A DNA stretch of 49,967 nt from Ascoidea asiatica JCM 7603 (Eukaryota > Fungi > Ascomycota), in the NCBI GenBank assembly GCA_001600695.1, contig BCKQ01000004.1, positions 632,089 through 682,055 of the forward strand, in the 5' to 3' direction. Below the pieces are notes generated by a model, which worked only from the letters and a program-made list of their open reading frames with translations, had not been told where the DNA came from and did no database searches. Within the stretch, counting starts at the first letter, position 1. Each line of letters begins with the position of its first letter. The position numbers and the translations under genes are program-made. This document shows, one piece after another, positions 44,218 to 49,967 of the stretch.

Positions 44218-47200
44218 TTATTGCCTCAAATCAATAGTTTTATTAGCTTCGTCATCTTCATCGAGAATAACATGATATAGACTATTATTTACTCCACTAA
44301 CACGCTTGGCTAACATTCTTTGTGAAGCAGATGAAAGAGAAGGTTTTCTAGGTTGTTGCTTATTTGAAGATTCAACAAGATTTTGTCTTATTGAATCAAT
44401 TCTACTCAGAAATTGAGGTGGCCCTTGAGCCTTATTATTATTAGCGATCATTGAGGAAAGCTCAATATTACTGCTGATAGAAGTATCGAACGATAGCATA
44501 GAGGAATTGTGTTGATAGTTATGATTTGTATCAAAAATGCTCGAGACGGTAGAACTTCTCATAGAGTCCGTTTGGGTAGGAGAATATTTAATGGTACTCA
44601 AGTTTTCTGTCCCCTGTTTGGTTGAAAAATCAGCAACCGATTTTCCTAATTTAACATTATCTATCCAATCTATTTTTTGCACTGTATTAGAATCTTGCCT
44701 TTGTTTTTCAAGATTATCTAGGTTCAATGAATTTCTTTGAGATTTTTTCGATTTGGCAGTATTGATCCACAAAGCATTCTGCTCTTCATCAGCAAAGGCA
44801 AACCGGTTTTGTCTAGAAGATTGAATATCTTTAATTGTTGAATATTCTTTCGATTTAGCCAAATTTATCCAATCTAAACCTTGTTCTTCATCTCGAAAAG
44901 GAAACATTTTTGCAGGTGACAAACTCCTGCCTCTACTAATCGGTGTTGCTTTTTTAGAATTGGCTAGTTCTATCCATTCAATGTTTTCTTCTTCAAGATC
45001 TCCTTTCTTATTAAAAATATCCAGTATATTGGATAATGACTTTCGTTTGGATTTGAGCCAGTCTGGCTTATCATCAGCAACTGCATTTTTAGGGAGAAGG
45101 TTTACCAAATCCACAACCGATTTTCTTTTATTAACTTTATCAATCCAATCCTTTGGAACGGGTTCCAAGCTTTTAACAACTGTCTTTTTAGGACTATCGA
45201 CCTTATGTAATTTATTGGCAGACTTTTTTAATATATCTTCTACTTCTTCTTCAAAATGTTTTGGATTTATTTTTTGAATTTTTTGTTCAACATTATTACT
45301 GTAAATATCAACACCAATCTTATTGAGCTGCTTGAGTGCCTCTGGATCATCTTCTTTTTCCTTTTCAATAACAGGAGCAGGTTTTAATTCATTTTTTAAT
45401 TGAATTGCTTCTGGGGATTCTTCTAGTGGTTTCTCTATTCTAGAGGCAGGTTTCAATTTATTTATCTTTTGTAAAGCTTCAGGAATACTTTCGTCTCTTA
45501 TCTTGCGAATAGAAGCATGTCTTAAAACATTCACTCTCGTTAATGCTTCTGGAACGGGCTCGATCTTTTTGGGAGAAGGAGGTGCTTTTCTTAATTGGGG
45601 ACTGAATTCAGAGTGAGTTTCCTCAATAACTTTTTTGGGAGATTCTGGACCAGTTTTAACTTTTCTTAATTCTACATTTGGAAATTCGGTCTCATATGAT
45701 AATTTTTCATCTTCATTTTCTATTTTTTTACTCCTTTTAAGAACTGTGGATTTCAAATTAGCAAAATCTATTTCTTTATTTGATGCTCTTTCATTTTCAT
45801 TTTCTAAAATCTTTTCCGACTGTTTTTTTATCTGTGGCCTTATAGAATTAAATTTTCGGATAGGCATTTCATTCTCTTGTAACTCCTTAAGTTCTTTTAA
45901 AGAAGTTATATGCTTTCCGGGAGATCTTTCTAAGGCACTGGTTAACCAATCTTTTTCTTGATCTTCTTGTTCAATCATTTTATTGAAAATTGCAATTTGA
46001 TTTCTTGTAGGACTAAGCTCTCTTTGAGGAGTTCTAGGTTCGTTTTTTTGAGAATCCAATGGAGCCTTATTTATTGCGCTCGATAACCAATCTGCTTCAT
46101 TTTTATTATTTAAGTTTCTTACTCTAGATCGAGTTGGACGATTAGCTGTATTAGTTTTTGGATTTTCATCCACTTCATGTATCTGTGTTAGAATTTTCTT
46201 GGTAGAAGTAACCCAACTTTGCTGACTTATTTGACCATTATTTAAAGACAGAGAATTAGCCTTTTTGAGGGCTGGTGCTTTGGCAGCTGCAGTCGCCGAT
46301 ATAGCATATTCTGATCTTGGCATTGGAACATATTTTTCTCTAGTAGAACTATTTCTAGAAGGTTGCGAAGAATTTGTTCTTTTTAAAGCACTAGTAATAA
46401 AAAAGCCTTTATCTTTTTTTTTAGGTGGTGAGATATTATTACTTAATGTAGAATTTTCTTTGAGCTTCTGTAAATTGCTGATATCTGATACTGGCATAGT
46501 ATTTCGGTTATACATATTTCCTTTGGCTAAAGAATTATCATTTAAAGCACTTGTAATAAAGTTATTTTTGATGTGATTCTTCTTTGGAGGGGAAATCTCT
46601 TCGATACTATAATCATTTTCTTCATCCTTGTCTAGATCTATGACTTCAACCTTAAGTGGCAAATTAGAAGAAGACTTTGATTTTCTTGATTGAAAATCAG
46701 CTTCCCTTTGTTGCTTATTTTGAATGTGGTCGATATAATTGCAATTGATTTTTTTTGGAGAAGTAGCAACAGGAGAAGGGATAGAATTGTCTTTGTTTTT
46801 GAAAATGTTGGTTTTAGAAGATTTGGTTTTATTGATTTTGGGTTGCGGCTTGGCCATATTGTTAGCTCTGACCATAAAATCTGGAGTATCTTCATTCAAG
46901 TATCCCTTATCTTCATATCCTATGAGTCTAGAACTATTCTTCTCCGGTAAAGATGGTTTCACTGAACTATCCAAGAGAATATTATTATATTTTTCTAATA
47001 CGTTTCTTACTTTTGATGATGGAGAAGGAGATCTGATTACTGGAGTTATTGCATTCTTTATTTGGATTTTTTTTGGAGATATACTTCTATCATTATTTTG
47101 AATATTAGCTTTACTATTGGGTACTGTTTGATTTAAATTTCCAACATTATTAATTTTCTCGAAAAACTGACGATTAGGAGAATTGGTATAAAACTCTCGA

Positions 47201-49308
47201 GGAAGAATTTTCTCTGGCCCAAAAGATTTTTTCACTGGAGATTTTGAGTTATTAGATCTAATTTTGTATCTTTCTGTATTTTCAAAAGATCCATTTGAGT
47301 TTCTTAAGATTTGTGCTGTCGTTGTGTTGAATTTATCATTAGGGTTAGACATGGAATTGGTAGTTTTGCTTTCCGAATCAAATCTGTTTGTTCTAATAGG
47401 TTCTCTGCCATTCTTGATATTTAATGGGGCAGTAGAAAACTTTCTTTGGGCTGTAATTAAAAATGGATTAATCTTCTGATTTTGTTGATTAGAAAGTGAG
47501 TTTAATTTATTAATGGATTTCTGATCTAATTTATTTTTCATGATACTGGCAGAAGTTTTTGGAACTTTCAAAATACCAGGTAATTCACTTTTGTTTCTTA
47601 AATTTGTTCTATCAGGACTTATTGAACTTTTTGTGGTGATTCCTGGAATCATACCCAATGCTTCTTTTTCCAACAATTTTTCAGACTTTTCGGAAAGTTT
47701 GGAGATTAAATTCATATGAGACTCTGAGATTGGCAAGGAGTGCTTTTGAAAAGGCTCTTCATTGATATTTTCTTCTAATATGTTATCGGTCTTTGGAATA
47801 TTTTTACGTTGGGGAGATTTCGATAGATTTGCTGATCTTTCAGACATTCTTCGAAGTAAATTCATTGATTCCATTGATATCGAATATTTATCTTTTTTTT
47901 GAGATTTACTTGAATTAGTTTCTTTAATAGTCTCATCATTGGAAGAAATGTTTTTAGGATTTGATTTCTCCTTACGTTCAATTACTTTATTTTGAACTTC
48001 GATTTCACTCTCACTATCAGAATCACAGTCAGAAAGGTTTATTACTTTAATAGCATTTGGATTAAATTGTTTTTTTGGCTTTTGCTTGGAATTGGTAGTT
48101 AATTCAGGATGAATTTTAACCGAGTGTGTTCTTTTGAACTCCAAAAAATCTTCATAACTAAAAACTGGATCATTATCATTTTTTGATTTAGAAATACTTT
48201 TAATCTTATCTAATGAGGGTTGTTGTAAATTTGTTCGTTGTTTTGATGTATGCTTATCTCCATCGCCTATAAACTGATTAGTTATATCTGACAATATTTT
48301 TTGTTCATTATTTGAATTTCTATATGATAAAATATTAGAAGCTTGATTGGAATTATTCGAATTTGAAGATTGTGGAATTTGAGAAAAATCAGATTCAAAT
48401 ATGTAAGGAGCATCTAAAGAATTAGGAAGTACTTTGCTCACTTGCTTGATAGGGGAGTTATCTTGTAATTGAGGATTAGGAGATTTATATTTTTCTCGTA
48501 ATGCTTCAATTTTATCATAATTATAAGCAGATTGAAATTTAAGTGGACTATTAAAAAAATCATAGTCATCTTTTGACTTATTGGGGACAGGGTTTTCAAT
48601 TTCATTCTCTTTATCACAAAAACTTATGGGTGATGTTCCAATAGATGTATAATGTTTCATTTTTTGAACCGACTGTAAAAAAGCGTTATGATCATGTTGT
48701 GCTGATGAATTAGTAATTTGGGGAAGTTCTCTATCCTCATATATTTGCTTTCCTGGAGATAAACGTTTAGCTATGGGACTAAGTAAATTTAGAAAATTAT
48801 CGTTTGTTTCATTAAATTCATCAATATCTCCAGAAACGATTCTTGAGTTAAATGGGGAAACATAGTTTTTAGCATAAATTTCTTTAGATCTTTGAATTGA
48901 AGTTGTGTTATTTGAGTTGATATTATCAGAAGTATTGGAGGAAATGAGACCATTTTGATCTTGTTGTTGATTTTTATCTTGATTTTTACTCCCATCGGTT
49001 TTAGAATTTATTTTGTTTGTGTTATTTTTGAGTAAAGATTTTTTGTAAGCATTAAACTCCAAGTTTAAAGAATGAACAGAATCAGCAATAGACGTATCAG
49101 AATCATTTTCATGGCCATCATAATTTTCTTTTGGATTAAAAATACTAAAATCATTGAATTCTCCAGCTGATCTTCTTTTTCTAATTTCTTCTTCTAATGC
49201 TCTTGTTATCATCTCATCTTCATGAGCTCTTTTTACATCTAATTCATGAAGCCTCTGAAGAAAATCATTTATATCATTAGATTTATAGAGATTATCATCA
49301 ATGTTCAT
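44218..49308 (-). CDS. BSP1: Long disordered Bsp1-like (DUF4045) actin/endocytic adaptor
   Basis: N-terminal 'INDFLQRLHELDVKRAHEDE...LEEEI' (DUF4045-like), 'FQSAYNY' (cf. recalled Bsp1 'YRSAYNY'), KPSLP proline motif, repeated PEAL and DWLxSA motifs. Confidence 0.65.
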   Translation of the reverse strand: MNIDDNLYKSNDINDFLQRLHELDVKRAHEDEMITRALEEEIRKRRSAGEFNDFSIFNPKENYDGHENDSDTSIADSVHSLNLEFNAYKKSLLKNNTNKINSKTDGSKNQDKNQQQDQNGLISSNTSDNINSNNTTSIQRSKEIYAKNYVSPFNSRIVSGDIDEFNETNDNFLNLLSPIAKRLSPGKQIYEDRELPQITNSSAQHDHNAFLQSVQKMKHYTSIGTSPISFCDKENEIENPVPNKSKDDYDFFNSPLKFQSAYNYDKIEALREKYKSPNPQLQDNSPIKQVSKVLPNSLDAPYIFESDFSQIPQSSNSNNSNQASNILSYRNSNNEQKILSDITNQFIGDGDKHTSKQRTNLQQPSLDKIKSISKSKNDNDPVFSYEDFLEFKRTHSVKIHPELTTNSKQKPKKQFNPNAIKVINLSDCDSDSESEIEVQNKVIERKEKSNPKNISSNDETIKETNSSKSQKKDKYSISMESMNLLRRMSERSANLSKSPQRKNIPKTDNILEENINEEPFQKHSLPISESHMNLISKLSEKSEKLLEKEALGMIPGITTKSSISPDRTNLRNKSELPGILKVPKTSASIMKNKLDQKSINKLNSLSNQQNQKINPFLITAQRKFSTAPLNIKNGREPIRTNRFDSESKTTNSMSNPNDKFNTTTAQILRNSNGSFENTERYKIRSNNSKSPVKKSFGPEKILPREFYTNSPNRQFFEKINNVGNLNQTVPNSKANIQNNDRSISPKKIQIKNAITPVIRSPSPSSKVRNVLEKYNNILLDSSVKPSLPEKNSSRLIGYEDKGYLNEDTPDFMVRANNMAKPQPKINKTKSSKTNIFKNKDNSIPSPVATSPKKINCNYIDHIQNKQQREADFQSRKSKSSSNLPLKVEVIDLDKDEENDYSIEEISPPKKNHIKNNFITSALNDNSLAKGNMYNRNTMPVSDISNLQKLKENSTLSNNISPPKKKDKGFFITSALKRTNSSQPSRNSSTREKYVPMPRSEYAISATAAAKAPALKKANSLSLNNGQISQQSWVTSTKKILTQIHEVDENPKTNTANRPTRSRVRNLNNKNEADWLSSAINKAPLDSQKNEPRTPQRELSPTRNQIAIFNKMIEQEDQEKDWLTSALERSPGKHITSLKELKELQENEMPIRKFNSIRPQIKKQSEKILENENERASNKEIDFANLKSTVLKRSKKIENEDEKLSYETEFPNVELRKVKTGPESPKKVIEETHSEFSPQLRKAPPSPKKIEPVPEALTRVNVLRHASIRKIRDESIPEALQKINKLKPASRIEKPLEESPEAIQLKNELKPAPVIEKEKEDDPEALKQLNKIGVDIYSNNVEQKIQKINPKHFEEEVEDILKKSANKLHKVDSPKKTVVKSLEPVPKDWIDKVNKRKSVVDLVNLLPKNAVADDKPDWLKSKRKSLSNILDIFNKKGDLEEENIEWIELANSKKATPISRGRSLSPAKMFPFRDEEQGLDWINLAKSKEYSTIKDIQSSRQNRFAFADEEQNALWINTAKSKKSQRNSLNLDNLEKQRQDSNTVQKIDWIDNVKLGKSVADFSTKQGTENLSTIKYSPTQTDSMRSSTVSSIFDTNHNYQHNSSMLSFDTSISSNIELSSMIANNNKAQGPPQFLSRIDSIRQNLVESSNKQQPRKPSLSSASQRMLAKRVSGVNNSLYHVILDEDDEANKTIDLRQ

Positions 49309-49967
49309 GATTACAAAGTATAATAATTAAAATATGGGTATCCAAACAAAAATAAAAACAAAAATAAAAGAATAGGAAATAGTTTGAAATAGTCGTAAAT
49401 TGAAGAAAATAAACAGAAGAATAAAGAAAAAAAAAATAAAAGCCAATTAAAAAGCAAAATTTAAGTAAATTGTTCGGTTGGTTAAATTATTATATATCAG
49501 AAAATGAGTGAAAGGAATAACTTATATAAAATTCATTATTCTACTTGAATAAAATTGAATATCTATCCAAGGAAATTGACCTGGGTTTTAATTCCCTAGA
49601 TTGTTTCTTAAAAATGATTAAATTCCCAAATTTCATTCTTAATCTTATTATATTTCTTCTTTAGGAAAATGATAAACAAAAACAAAAACAACAAACAAAC
49701 ATTGAAGCTCCACAGCAATGGGTTTAAATACTCAACAATCAAATCTAAATAAAATTAAATCTGCACTAGCGTAGCCATATTCATGGGTGCTCTTTAATTT
49801 TATCAGGTGCATAAATGGAACCAGTCTGACGGATTTAGTGTTTTTTAATTTTAGGATTACAAGAGTATGATCATATTTAAGTTTCCAGTGACATATTGAA
49901 AGATAACCTTAATTAATCTTAAATTTCTTATTGTTTGCTAAATTGATTTAAATTTTATATTTCATTG

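Noticed and set aside
44537-48995. Many antisense and alternate-frame short ORFs inside long CDSs (also in RAX2, PEP1, FPR3, PPN1)
   Set aside because: Expected shadows of biased codon usage.

Overview
A very AT-rich, gene-dense budding-yeast (Saccharomycotina) chromosome segment. Genes in order: RAX2, BUR6, FGGY/YDR109C-like sugar kinase, Zn2Cys6 transcription factor, VPS10/PEP1, FPR3/4, IPA1-like, BRL1/BRR6, DAP1, DCN1 (1 intron), tRNA-Pro(AGG), UMP1 (1 intron), SWD3, ZIP1, MMT1/2, an uncharacterised single-TM protein (1 intron), a PIR-repeat/GPI wall protein, PPN1 and a very long BSP1-like (DUF4045) protein. Gene names come from recalled motifs, not database searches. Main points of interest: (1) the fragmented ORFs at 29.7-33.3 kb splice into one 995-aa ZIP1 with 9 short introns, several with non-consensus donors, including the MER2-type GTTCGT; six internal exons can be skipped in frame. 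(2) The wall protein carries three Kex2-releasable 16-17-aa repeat peptides. (3) An unannotated ~300-400 bp inverted-repeat/hairpin element lies between ZIP1 and MMT. (4) The single-TM protein may carry a CLASP/TOG-like domain. (5) Internal evidence suggests CTG is read as Leu. Composition and intron density are reminiscent of Ascoidea-like lineages, but this is inference only.
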